DNA from: Vulcanimicrobiota bacterium
GTDB lineage: Bacteria; Vulcanimicrobiota; Vulcanimicrobiia; Eremiobacterales; Eremiobacteraceae
Assembly (NCBI GenBank): GCA_963805945.1
Contig: CAWDVP010000006.1
Span: 288,001-352,000, forward strand
Direction: 5' to 3'
Length of the DNA stretch: 64,000 nt
The translations under genes and the position numbers were made by a program. How positions within the stretch are numbered: the first letter of the stretch is position 1; each line of letters starts with the position of its first letter. Shown piece by piece: positions 49,952 to 59,289 of the stretch. A model generated the notes under the pieces. That model was given only the letters and a program-made list of their open reading frames with translations, was not told the origin of the DNA and did no database searches.

Positions 49952-51313
49952 TCAGCCTAGTGTGAAAGTCGTCAATACCTCGACGTGTCCGGTCTGCGGG
50001 AACATGTCGTACGGCGTCACCCGCTCGAGGCGGTAGCCTCGCTCCACGAGTATCTTGGCGTCGCGCGCCAATGTCGCGGGATTGCACGAGACGTACAGCA
50101 CGCGCGGCACTCGATGCCGTGCCAGCGCGTCGAGCACCTCCGGCTCGCAGCCCTTGCGGGGCGGGTCGAGGATCACCGCGTCGGCGCCGCGCAGCAGCGT
50201 GCCGCCACGCTCTCCGCCGACCGCCTCGCGCGCCGTCGCGTTCTCGAAGGCCGCGTTGACCACCTGATTTGCAGCCGCGTTGGCTGCGCCTTCTTCGGCT
50301 GCCGGCTTGAACCATTCGACGCCGGTCGTCGCGATGCCGCGCGTGCCGAGCACGACGCCGAAGGTCCCGACGCCGCAGTACAGATCGACGACGCGCGCTG
50401 CGCCGGCGAGCTCTTCGACGACGCGGCCGGCGAGCAGCTCGAGCACCGCGGTGTTGATCTGGAAGAACGACGCGACGCCGAAGCTCAACGTGGCGCCGGC
50501 GATCGTCTCTTCAAGCACCGGCGATCCCCATAGCGTCGCGAAGCGCTTGCCGAACAGCGCGTTCTCTCCCTCGATATCCCAATTGCTCACCAGTCCGGTC
50601 ATGTCCGGTATGCGGCTGCGGACCTCGTCGGTGAGCGCGCCCAGCGCTTTGTTCGCCTTGCGCCCGTTGAACGAGATGACGAGCTGTTCGCGGGTCGCGC
50701 TCGCCCGTGCGACGACATGGAGCGCCTGCGAGAACGGCTGCGGCGCTTCTTTCGCGAGAGCGATCAGCGCCTTGACGGCACGATCCAGTTTCGGCAGCAG
50801 CACCGGACAGCGCTCGATGGGCACGACCCGATGCGTGCGGGCGGCATAGAATCCGAGCCGCATCGCGCCGTCGACGTAGTGCATGACCAGGCTGACCTTG
50901 TTGCGATAGCCGGCGTCGACGTCGGGCGTCGGCACGACCTCGTCGACGACGACGCCGTGCAGCCCGCCGAGCCGCGCGAACGCGTCGCCGATCATCCTGC
51001 GTTTCCACGCCAGCTGCGCGGCATACGCGAGGTGGAGGACCTGGCAGCCGCCGCACGTCGGGAACACGGGGCACACCGATGCGATCCGGTCCACGGACGG
51101 CGTTTCGATCTCGGTGACATGAGCGCTGACGTAATTGCGCTTCACCGCATCGACCGCGACGCGCACCGTCTCGCCGGGCAGCCCTCCGGTGACGAAGACG
51201 ACCATACCGCCGGAGCGGCCGACGCCTTGGCCGTTCTCTAGGAGATCGTCGAGGGTGAGCGGTTCGCGGGCGAGTTGATCGGCAGCCGCGCTAGCCGCGG
51301 CGGGTCTCGTCAA
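49952..51313 (-). CDS. rlmD: 23S rRNA (uracil-5)-methyltransferase RlmD-like
   Basis: TRAM domain, CxxxxxCGGC, SFFQIN, DPPRKG, YVSCNP, DMFPQTGHVE; start uncertain. Confidence 0.9.
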   Translation of the reverse strand: MTRPAAASAAADQLAREPLTLDDLLENGQGVGRSGGMVVFVTGGLPGETVRVAVDAVKRNYVSAHVTEIETPSVDRIASVCPVFPTCGGCQVLHLAYAAQLAWKRRMIGDAFARLGGLHGVVVDEVVPTPDVDAGYRNKVSLVMHYVDGAMRLGFYAARTHRVVPIERCPVLLPKLDRAVKALIALAKEAPQPFSQALHVVARASATREQLVISFNGRKANKALGALTDEVRSRIPDMTGLVSNWDIEGENALFGKRFATLWGSPVLEETIAGATLSFGVASFFQINTAVLELLAGRVVEELAGAARVVDLYCGVGTFGVVLGTRGIATTGVEWFKPAAEEGAANAAANQVVNAAFENATAREAVGGERGGTLLRGADAVILDPPRKGCEPEVLDALARHRVPRVLYVSCNPATLARDAKILVERGYRLERVTPYDMFPQTGHVEVLTTFTLG

Positions 51314-51491
51314 GGGTCTTGCGGAGCTGATCGGCCTCATCGATGAGCGCTTGGATGCGGTCCATCGTGGGGTTGGATTGCTCCGGTGCCATGAGGGTGC
51401 GGAAAAGGAAGTATGTGCCCAGCGCCGAGGCGACGAGGACGACCGTCCACACGAGGGGGTAGAGCCCTTTTCGGCTCATCGCGCGCGCCAT
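51291..51491 (-). CDS. Small single-TM hypothetical protein
   Basis: One TM followed by a short helix; operon position. Confidence 0.55.
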   Translation of the reverse strand: MARAMSRKGLYPLVWTVVLVASALGTYFLFRTLMAPEQSNPTMDRIQALIDEADQLRKTLDETRRG

Positions 51492-51512
51492 TCCAGCATG
51501 TTGTGTATGTGG

Positions 51513-51746
51513 TTAGACATCGCCCGACGCGACTTCCTCCCCGGCGCTGCGCGCGTAGGAGGCGAAGAGCGTCAACGCGCCTGGCGCGACCGCGAACACG
51601 AAGCGTGTCCTGTCGACATCAGCGACATACAGCGCGACGCCGGCTTGAAGCGGCCGGCACGCGACGATCTCGAGCGGCAGGCGGGCGCGCGATACAAAGC
51701 GCTGCCGCAACGCGTCCGCGAGCCGTTTGAATATATCAGTCAGCAT
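51513..51746 (-). CDS. FliO-like small protein lacking a TM segment
   Basis: LEIVACRPLQAGVALYVADVDRTRFVFAVAPGALTL resembles the FliO cytoplasmic domain pattern. Confidence 0.45.
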   Translation of the reverse strand: MLTDIFKRLADALRQRFVSRARLPLEIVACRPLQAGVALYVADVDRTRFVFAVAPGALTLFASYARSAGEEVASGDV

Positions 51747-52962
51747 CCGGCGACGACGGGGCGACGGAGCCGGCCATCCACACGGGGACGAGCCACTGCA
51801 GCGTCGCCTCTCGTTGGCCTATGTGGATCGGCGCTGCGATCTCGTAATGCGGACTGCGTGCGGGCAGCGCGCCTTCGGCCAAGCGCACGAAGCGCGCGCC
51901 GGCACCTGCGATGGCAGGCAGCTTCTCCGCAAAACCGCGCATCGCGCCGCGCAGCACCGCCTCGACCGCGTCCATGGTCACCACGCCCGGTTCAGCGTCG
52001 AGCGGCACGTCCGCACCGACCGCAGCCGCCGCGACGCAGGCGACCGCCGCCCGGTTGGCGCTCAGCACGAGCGAGCCTTGGCCGCCGGCGATGAGCGCGA
52101 GCTTGAGGTCGCCCCGCGTCAGCGTCGGGGACTCGACGCGAGTGACGTGCAGCGCCTCGACGGCGGTCGGGCACTTGGTGAACTCGGCGAGCTGCCGGCA
52201 TGCGGCATCGACGGCGGTTGCGAACGCGTCATCCGGGCCTTGCTGACGTTTGCCGAGCACGCGCTCTCGGGGAGCGCCGGTCGCAGGACGCACCTCGGCC
52301 GATTGCGCTTTCCTCTTCTCCGGCTTTTCTGCGCGGCTGCCCGCGGCGACGCGTGGCTGCTGCAGCGGAGCCGCCGCGGGGATGCTCGACGCGCGCGCGG
52401 CTTTGCCGACGCGCCACACGCCGTCGAACTCCCCGATCCCCATGCTGCCGCCCGCGAGCCCCGCGGCTCCCGCGTGCGATGCCGCGCTCAAGCGGGCGCC
52501 GCTCGGCGGATCGAGCCCTGCCGATGCGGCGATCGCTGTGAGCAGCACGCGCGCGAGGGGCTCGAGCAGCCGGCCGACGCGGGCCGGCTTGCCGTGTTTG
52601 ACATTGCGGCCGCTGCCGCCGATGATGATGTCTGCGAGCGACGCCGCGAGCCGCTCGTCGATATCCAAGAGCAACGGCGTGGACCCCACCGCGACGAAGC
52701 GCAGCGATTCGCGCGCGCCGTCATCCGCGGCGAGCGGTTGCAGCGAGATGCGGGCCTGCGGTCCGAGATACGATCGGACTGACGATTCCAACGCCTGCCG
52801 CAACGAACCGTCGCCGAGCGCCTGCTCAAGCGCGCTTGCGGAGGATGCGGCATGCGCCGTCTCTGGATCTGAAGCGATGCTTTGCTCCGGTGCGGGAGCG
52901 CGGTCGGGAGAACGCAGCGCGTCGAGCAGGCGTGCCACGTCCGCGTCGCTCAGCTTCGACAT
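51736..52962 (-). CDS. Divergent FliM/CheC-like protein
   Basis: N-terminal LSDADVARLL resembles the FliM LSQxEIDALL peptide; no clear SpoA domain. Confidence 0.4.
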   Translation of the reverse strand: MSKLSDADVARLLDALRSPDRAPAPEQSIASDPETAHAASSASALEQALGDGSLRQALESSVRSYLGPQARISLQPLAADDGARESLRFVAVGSTPLLLDIDERLAASLADIIIGGSGRNVKHGKPARVGRLLEPLARVLLTAIAASAGLDPPSGARLSAASHAGAAGLAGGSMGIGEFDGVWRVGKAARASSIPAAAPLQQPRVAAGSRAEKPEKRKAQSAEVRPATGAPRERVLGKRQQGPDDAFATAVDAACRQLAEFTKCPTAVEALHVTRVESPTLTRGDLKLALIAGGQGSLVLSANRAAVACVAAAAVGADVPLDAEPGVVTMDAVEAVLRGAMRGFAEKLPAIAGAGARFVRLAEGALPARSPHYEIAAPIHIGQREATLQWLVPVWMAGSVAPSSPDAD

Positions 52963-53306
52963 ACACCGGCCCGTGTGCGCGCGCGGCGGCGCTCCAGCCC
53001 GCGCCGCAACGTTGCCCAGCGCCGCCGTTCTTCGCGCGCGGACAACGCGCGCGCATCAGCGGCGGCTGCGGCGCGCGCGAGCGCCGATGCATCGGTGCTG
53101 CAGCGCTCGCGATACATGGTGAGCGTCGCACAGGCGAATGACGACCACGCGGCATGGGCATGACGCGCATCGACTGCCCGCCTGCACGCGGCAAGCGTCG
53201 CATGCGCCGCGGCGTCGGCACGCCTTGCGCACGCGGCGTGCCATCTCGCCTGAGTCCTGGCATTTGACTCGAGACGTCCGACGAGACGAGCGAGGGCCGC
53301 GCTCAT
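52950..53306 (-). CDS. Ala/Arg-rich helical protein, possibly FliJ-like
   Basis: ATG overlaps the purA stop; about 118 aa, coiled-coil-like, ends AREERRRWATLRRGLERR. Confidence 0.3.
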   Translation of the reverse strand: MSAALARLVGRLESNARTQARWHAACARRADAAAHATLAACRRAVDARHAHAAWSSFACATLTMYRERCSTDASALARAAAAADARALSAREERRRWATLRRGLERRRARTRAGVCRS

Positions 53307-54580
53307 ATGTGTGGCGCGCGAGCGGGAAGCGGCGCGTTGTCGCGCACGATGATCTGCGAGCGTTCCGGTCCCACCGATATATACGCCACCGGCACGCCGA
53401 CGGCTCGCTCGAGCGCGGCGATGTATGCCTGCGCATGCGCTGGCAGCTCGCCGAACGTGCGCGCGCCGGTGGTGGATTCGCTCCAACCGGCGAAACGTTT
53501 GTAGACCGGCTTGGGGTTGGCGTCGACGATGAACGGCAGCGAGCCGACGGCGCTCGTCTCGTACGCATCGCACATGGCGATCTCATCGAATCCATCGAGG
53601 ATGTCGAGCTTCGTGATCGCGAGATGCGAGAGGCCATTGATCTCGGCGGCATAGCGCAGTGCGACCGCGTCGAGCCAGCCGCAACGCCGCGCGCGGCCGG
53701 TGACCGTGCCGAACTCCGCGCCGCGTTCGCGCAGCCGCTCGCCGGTCGCGTCGTGAAGCTCGGTCGGGAAGGGGCCCGCTCCCACGCGCGTCGAGTAGGC
53801 CTTGACGACGCCGATGACGTGATCGACCGCCGTCGGTCCGAAGCCGAGTCCGGCCCCGGCGCCACCTGCCACCGTGACCGACGACGTCACATAGGGATAC
53901 ATGCCGAAGGTGACGTCCAGCAGGCTGCCTTGGGCGCCTTCGGCGATCACCTGCTTGCCCGCGCGAAGCGCGTCGTTGAGAAGGCTGACGGTGTCGCGCA
54001 CGTGCGGCAGGATCGTCTTCGCCTGGAGCTCGAGGTCGCCGACGATCGCAGCCGCATCGGCGTGGATGCCCTCCCGGATCAGTTGCCCGCACCGTTGCGT
54101 GATGTGGTCCCGGCACTTGCGCATGTCGCGCAAGTCGCCCGCGCGCAGACCGCGGCGCGCGGCGCGGTCGACGTAGGATGGTCCGATGCCATTCCCGGTG
54201 GTGCCGATGGCGGCCGCGCCGCGTGCCCGCTCCGCCGCCTTGTCCTGCTCGATATGATATGGAAGGATGAGATGCGCGAGATCGGAGAGCCAGATACGCG
54301 AGACGTCGACGTCCGCTGCGGTGAGCGCGCGCAGCTCCTCGACGAATTGTCCGGGTGAGACGGCGGTGCCCGGCCCTATGATGCAATGGTTCACGCCCGC
54401 CAGCACCCCGCTCGGCACGATGCGCAGCTTATAGGTCGTGTCGCCGACGCGCACCGTGTGGCCGGCGTTCGCGCCACCGCCGAACCTGGCGACGATCTCG
54501 GCGCCGGACGCCAAATAGTCGACGATGCGGCCCTTGCCTTCATCACCCCATTGGACGCCGACGACAAGGGTCACCGCCAT
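53303..54580 (-). CDS. purA: Adenylosuccinate synthetase
   Basis: QWGDEGKG, GGANAGHT, EGAQG, TRVGAGPFPTE, GTVTGRARRCGW. Confidence 0.97.
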   Translation of the reverse strand: MAVTLVVGVQWGDEGKGRIVDYLASGAEIVARFGGGANAGHTVRVGDTTYKLRIVPSGVLAGVNHCIIGPGTAVSPGQFVEELRALTAADVDVSRIWLSDLAHLILPYHIEQDKAAERARGAAAIGTTGNGIGPSYVDRAARRGLRAGDLRDMRKCRDHITQRCGQLIREGIHADAAAIVGDLELQAKTILPHVRDTVSLLNDALRAGKQVIAEGAQGSLLDVTFGMYPYVTSSVTVAGGAGAGLGFGPTAVDHVIGVVKAYSTRVGAGPFPTELHDATGERLRERGAEFGTVTGRARRCGWLDAVALRYAAEINGLSHLAITKLDILDGFDEIAMCDAYETSAVGSLPFIVDANPKPVYKRFAGWSESTTGARTFGELPAHAQAYIAALERAVGVPVAYISVGPERSQIIVRDNAPLPARAPHI

Positions 54581-54596
54581 GGAGGACCTCCGGAAC

Positions 54597-54622
54597 GAGC
54601 CGACCTGAAGGTCGGCCCCTAC
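54597..54622 (-). repeat. GTAG-type REP (family B) whose GTAG supplies the GH125 stop codon
   Basis: Minus strand gtaggggccgaccttcaggtcggctc; near-identical to 41239-41264. Confidence 0.75.
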
Positions 54623-55953
54623 ATACCGCTTGCGAGCGCGGGGACGGGCAGGGGCGACGATCCCATCACCCGGTCGAGCACCAATTCCGAGAACAGCGCG
54701 CACGGCCAACCGAAGTTCGAGCGCGTGAATTTGCTGGGGTCGTTCGGATCGAAGGATTCGTGCAGCAGGTGGTCGCCCGTATCCGACGCCTGCAGCTGGC
54801 CGAGCATCGCCTCGACCTCGTTCGGATCGCTCGCGGTGAGCCCTTCCATGACGAGCGCGAGCGGCCAGACATAGCCGTGCGGCGTGTGCGGGCTGCCGAT
54901 GCCGCGCGCGTACTTGCCCGCGAAATAGTACGGGTTGTCGGGCGAGAGCACGAAGCGCCGCGTGTTGGTGTAGATGCCGGAGTTCGCGGATGCGAAGCCC
55001 ATGTACGGGATCGACAGCAGACTGGGGATGTTCGCGTCGTCCATCAGGACGCTGTGCCCGAGGCCGTCCACCTCGTACGCGTAGATGTAGCCGTATTTCG
55101 CGGTGTAGACGATGCCGTACTTGTTGATGCCGTCGACGATGCCGGCGCGCAGCTGTTCGACCTCGTCGTGCTTGAGGCCGTCGCGCCACACCTGCGCCTC
55201 GATGTCGCGCAGCTCTCCCAGCACGACCGCGGCGAACATCTCTTCGGGGATGTTATAGCCGTAGGTCGCCGGATCGTCGCTGGGCCGGAACGCCGTCCAC
55301 ACCATCCCGGTGACCGCCACGGGCGCGCCCGCGCCGTTGTTGACGAGTTCGCGGTGGCGGTAGGTCGAGTAGCTGTGGTCGCGCTCAAGCTGCATGAGGC
55401 CGAACGCCTTCTCGAACGCCGCCTTCACCTCCGGGGTGAACACCGACGCGTCGTGCGTCTGCTTCCAGTACATCCATGCGAGTTGGATCGGATAGAGCAG
55501 CGAGTCGAGCTCGTACTTCTCCTCGGCGACCTTGTAATCGCGGTTGAACGCGTTCGCATACGGATCGAGCAGCATGTTCTTGGCTTCACGCGCGATGACG
55601 CCGCGCAGCATGTTGCGCACCTCGCCGTCGCCCGCGAAATAGAGGTACGGCCTCACCTGTGCGCTCGCGTCGCGCAGCCACATCGCGCCGATGTCGCCCG
55701 TGATGACGTAAGTGGTGTTGTCCTCTTCGAACGACACGTCGTTGCGCATGGTGGACAGCAAGCACTGGCTGTACAGCTGGCCGGTGTCGATCGTGCCGCC
55801 ATGGTACTCGGCAGCGGCGGCGGAAATAGCTCGCAGCTCGGTCGCGCGGGCCGCGGAGACCGAAGCGAGCACAAAAATGACCCCGGCGAGTGCCGTGGCC
55901 CATATGAACCGGCTGCGGACCAAATCCATCTGGTTCCGGGCGCTCCTCACCAA
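54619..55953 (-). CDS. Glycoside hydrolase family 125 (exo-alpha-1,6-mannosidase-like), secreted
   Basis: ITGDIGAMWLRDAS, KYELDSL, FRPSDD, MDDANIPSLL, IGSPHT. Confidence 0.92.
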   Translation of the reverse strand: MVRSARNQMDLVRSRFIWATALAGVIFVLASVSAARATELRAISAAAAEYHGGTIDTGQLYSQCLLSTMRNDVSFEEDNTTYVITGDIGAMWLRDASAQVRPYLYFAGDGEVRNMLRGVIAREAKNMLLDPYANAFNRDYKVAEEKYELDSLLYPIQLAWMYWKQTHDASVFTPEVKAAFEKAFGLMQLERDHSYSTYRHRELVNNGAGAPVAVTGMVWTAFRPSDDPATYGYNIPEEMFAAVVLGELRDIEAQVWRDGLKHDEVEQLRAGIVDGINKYGIVYTAKYGYIYAYEVDGLGHSVLMDDANIPSLLSIPYMGFASANSGIYTNTRRFVLSPDNPYYFAGKYARGIGSPHTPHGYVWPLALVMEGLTASDPNEVEAMLGQLQASDTGDHLLHESFDPNDPSKFTRSNFGWPCALFSELVLDRVMGSSPLPVPALASGM

Positions 55954-56031
55954 ATCACCGCTTCAACCCCCAAGTCCTCTCGAACGTTCGCAGGTGAGCG
56001 ACATGAAATCCTTCGGTGAGCCGCATCTCTT

Positions 56032-57240
56032 CTATTGTGTGACGCCTGCGGGCAAGCGGATCTCGACGCGCGCACCGCGACGACGCGCGCGCCGGACGGT
56101 CAGCAGCCCGCCATGCGCCTCCACCAGCAGGCGTGCGATGGACAGACCGAGTCCGGCCCTGCCATCCGCTTCGCTCGCGAAGGCTTCGCCGGCCGCGCGT
56201 GCGGCGACGGCCGAGAATCCCGGCCCCTCGTCCTCGACGACCAGCGTGGCGCGAGAGGTCGTCGCGCCGATCGCGATGCTCACCCGCCCGCCGGCCGGCG
56301 AGTGCCGGACCGCGTTGTCCAGCAGGTTGATCAGGACTTGTTCGAAGCGCTCGCGATCGACCTCGGCGCGCCCACGGCCGCGCAGCGCGAGCCGGACGCG
56401 ACCGGCGGCCGCGCGGGGCGCGATGGCGGACCACGCGCGCCCCGCCAGCTCGCGCAGCTCGACCGGCTGCCGCTCAAGCCTGAGCTTGCCGGCGGTCCAC
56501 GCGCCCACGTCTATCAGGCTTTCGACGAGGCGATGCAGGCGTCGGCCTTCATCGGCGACGATGCCGTAGTAGCGGCTGCGCTGCTCCGCCGTCAGTCCCC
56601 GATCGTCACGCAGCCGTTCGGCGTATCCGACGATCGCGGTGAGCGGGGTGCGCAATTCGTGCGTCACCGACGCCAGCACGGCCGCTCGCGCGGCCTCGAC
56701 GCGCGCGACGACGGCGGCTCCCCGTACGGCTTGCCGCAATTCCTCGAGCGGCCTCTCAAGCGATACCGGATCCAACACCGTCCAACCGCAGATCACGCCG
56801 ACCTCGCGGGATATCGCTCCGCCGCGCGCCATCGAGCGCAGCCGCTCTCGGACGGCCGCTTGCAGACGGCCGGCCACAAGACCGAGGTCCGCGTCGTTGA
56901 CGCTCGCGCTCGCGCGCGCGGCGACCGATCTCCCCGCGAGCAGGGCGACAAACCAATGCGCGCGCGGGCCCGCTGCGACGACATCGCTGCCGCGCAGCAC
57001 CGTGCCGACGCTTGCGCGCAGCGCCGCCGCCACTTCGCGCTTGCACGTGACAAGCACGCCAGCGCGACGGGCCGGGGCGACCCGATCGACCCCGATCAGT
57101 TCGAGGTAGAGCAGCGGAGCCGAACGGTCGGCCCGGGCGAGCCGCAGCAGCGCCGGCGTCAGCGAACGCAGCTCGGCGATGCGCGCGACGGCATCGCGCC
57201 GGTCTGCGCCCGCACGGCGTCGTGCGGGCGGAGCCGCGCT
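56032..57240 (-). CDS. Soluble sensor histidine kinase with an N-terminal degenerate GGDEF-like domain
   Basis: VTHELRTPL, NLLDNAVRH, DEGPG, GLGL boxes; start uncertain. Confidence 0.82.
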   Translation of the reverse strand, partial: SAAPPARRRAGADRRDAVARIAELRSLTPALLRLARADRSAPLLYLELIGVDRVAPARRAGVLVTCKREVAAALRASVGTVLRGSDVVAAGPRAHWFVALLAGRSVAARASASVNDADLGLVAGRLQAAVRERLRSMARGGAISREVGVICGWTVLDPVSLERPLEELRQAVRGAAVVARVEAARAAVLASVTHELRTPLTAIVGYAERLRDDRGLTAEQRSRYYGIVADEGRRLHRLVESLIDVGAWTAGKLRLERQPVELRELAGRAWSAIAPRAAAGRVRLALRGRGRAEVDRERFEQVLINLLDNAVRHSPAGGRVSIAIGATTSRATLVVEDEGPGFSAVAARAAGEAFASEADGRAGLGLSIARLLVEAHGGLLTVRRARRRGARVEIRLPAGVTQ

Positions 57241-57244
57241 GCGC

Positions 57245-57964
57245 TCAGACCGGCGACTTGAGTTTGTAGCCAAGCCCGTGCACGGTGTAGAGGTAGCGCG
57301 GCGCGGCGGCATCGTCCCCGAGCGCCCGGCGCAATCGGCGCACGTGCACGTCGACGGTGCGCGGATCTCCCTCGTAGTCGAATCCCCAGATGGTCTCGAT
57401 GAGCTGGTCGCGCGTGAACACGCGGCCCTCGTTGCGCGCGAGCAGGTACAGAAGATCGAATTCGCGCGGTTTGAGCTCGACGGCGGCACCCGCCAGCGTG
57501 ACCTCGCGACGTTCCGCGTCTACGATGAGCTGCCCGACGCTGCAGCATCTGCCGCTGTGCGGCGGCGACTGCCCGCTGCGGCGCATGACCGCGCGCACGC
57601 GCGCGGCGAGCTCGCGCGGTGAGAACGGTTTGGCGAGATAGTCGTCAGCGCCGAGTTCCAGGCCGACGATGCGATCCACCTCCGCGCCGCGAGCCGAGAG
57701 CACCACGATCGGCACCTGCGATTCCTTGCGCAGCGCACGGCACACCTCGAGCCCGTCCAGGCCGGGCAGGCCGATGTCGAGCACGACGATGTCCGGCGCG
57801 TGCTCCCTGGCCCGGCGCAGGGCGGCGACGCCGTCGACCGCCACGCTCACGTCGAAGCCCTCCGCCGCGAGCGTATCCTTTAGAAGGGCGGCGATGTGCG
57901 GCTCGTCGTCCACGACGAGCGCATGGCGGCGCACTGGGGTCTCCGCGGCGGTATGTGGCGTCAT
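57245..57964 (-). CDS. OmpR/PhoB-family response regulator
   Basis: VVDDE, LDIGLP, GADDYLAKPF, RTVDVHVRRLR. Confidence 0.95.
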   Translation of the reverse strand: MTPHTAAETPVRRHALVVDDEPHIAALLKDTLAAEGFDVSVAVDGVAALRRAREHAPDIVVLDIGLPGLDGLEVCRALRKESQVPIVVLSARGAEVDRIVGLELGADDYLAKPFSPRELAARVRAVMRRSGQSPPHSGRCCSVGQLIVDAERREVTLAGAAVELKPREFDLLYLLARNEGRVFTRDQLIETIWGFDYEGDPRTVDVHVRRLRRALGDDAAAPRYLYTVHGLGYKLKSPV

Positions 57965-58785
57965 TTTTCGAGGAACCCGACGGAGGCCATGAGCGGGCCG
58001 CCTTGGCCGTTGCGCCGATATGAGTGCAGCAGCCCCTCGTTGCAGCGCGTGCACGCCGTGGCGATATGGATCGAGCGTTGCGGCACGCCGGCGTCACGCA
58101 GCAGCGCGAACAGCACCGCGCCGAGGTCTAGCGACACCGAGTCGTCGCGCTGCCGCGGCGCCTTGAGCACATCCGGCAGGTCGATCGCCCCCTCGATCTT
58201 GACGAAATGCGCGGCGACTTCCGGGCCGACCTCGAAGCAGCACCGTCCGAGGTGCGGTCCGACCACCGCGACGAAGGCGGCCGGGTCGCCACCCTGATCC
58301 TCGAGCGCCTTCGCCGCAGCGCCGACGATGCCGGCGGCGGCGCCGCGCCAGCCCACGTGCACGAGCGCGAAGCAGCCGTTCTCCGGATCGACGAGCCAGA
58401 GCGGCGCGCAATCGGCGGTGCGCACGATGAGCAGGTCGGCGTTGGACGCGGTCCATACGCCGTCCGCCTCGGGCAGATCCGGGCGGTCGAATGAATTCGA
58501 CCGCTCCATATCCTGCGCGGGAAGAATGATCGCGCCGTGCACTTGCGCGATGCTGCGCAGAATCCGCCCATCGTTCCAGCCATGAGCGGTCGTCCAGCGC
58601 AGCGCGTCCGCGTCAAGGCGCGCATCGATCTCCACCGGGCTGCAGAAGCCGAGGACGCCCGTGTCCACAAGCGCGGTCGCGACGATGAGCGATCCGCCTG
58701 CCGGCGCCTTATGGAGCTCGAAGCCGCCGCCCAGATCCTCGTAGTTCCAAGGATCCGGTACGTCGGCGCCTATCCTGAACTTCAT
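57961..58785 (-). CDS. pgeF: YfiH/PgeF family protein
   Basis: QVHG, TADCAP, HVGWRG, CCFEVG, CTRC, SYRR. Confidence 0.88.
   Translation of the reverse strand: MKFRIGADVPDPWNYEDLGGGFELHKAPAGGSLIVATALVDTGVLGFCSPVEIDARLDADALRWTTAHGWNDGRILRSIAQVHGAIILPAQDMERSNSFDRPDLPEADGVWTASNADLLIVRTADCAPLWLVDPENGCFALVHVGWRGAAAGIVGAAAKALEDQGGDPAAFVAVVGPHLGRCCFEVGPEVAAHFVKIEGAIDLPDVLKAPRQRDDSVSLDLGAVLFALLRDAGVPQRSIHIATACTRCNEGLLHSYRRNGQGGPLMASVGFLEK
58483..58509 (-). repeat. Family A palindrome in frame in pgeF (MERSNSFDR)
   Basis: gcggtcgaatgaattcgaccgctccat. Confidence 0.88.
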
Positions 58786-59282
58786 TCGAGCGCCTCGAAC
58801 TGCGGGATCGGGCCGCGCGTGCGCGCGCGGTTGCGCAACGCCTTGTGGATCTCCGGCGCGGTGAAGCCCTGGCGCTCGAGCCTGCGGCCGAGCTGTTCGT
58901 AGCCGTCCTGCGGCCGCATCGCCTCGAGCTTGGCGAGCGCGCGGTCGATGCGTTCCTCTTCGTCCTGCGAGAACTCATCGAGGATCTCGCGCGCGAGATC
59001 GCCGTCGACGCCCTGACGCAGCAAGTCGTGGAGCAGGCGCATGCGACCCACCGGCTTGCGATCGAGAATGCTCTTGACGTAGAGCTGCGCGAAGGTGCGA
59101 TCGTCGAGGTAGCGGCGCTGCTGGCACACCGCAAGCGCCTCTTCTATGGAGATCGGCTCGTAGCCGCGGTCGCGCAGCTTCTGCGCGAGCTGCGCGGTGG
59201 TCAGCCGTTTGCCCGACAACAGCCGCACCGCGGCTTTGAACGCCGGGCCGGAAGCCTCGCCTGCGTCCGCGGGCTCGGCCAT
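58782..59282 (-). CDS. recX: Regulatory protein RecX
   Basis: AVRLLS..LAQKL..YLDDRTFA..RQGF; immediately after recA. Confidence 0.88.
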   Translation of the reverse strand: MAEPADAGEASGPAFKAAVRLLSGKRLTTAQLAQKLRDRGYEPISIEEALAVCQQRRYLDDRTFAQLYVKSILDRKPVGRMRLLHDLLRQGVDGDLAREILDEFSQDEEERIDRALAKLEAMRPQDGYEQLGRRLERQGFTAPEIHKALRNRARTRGPIPQFEALE

Positions 59283-59289
59283 GAGAGCG

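Noticed and set aside
6191..58509. Family A palindromes as CRISPR repeats
   Set aside because: Copies are dispersed over kilobases with no repeat-spacer periodicity and no cas1/cas2
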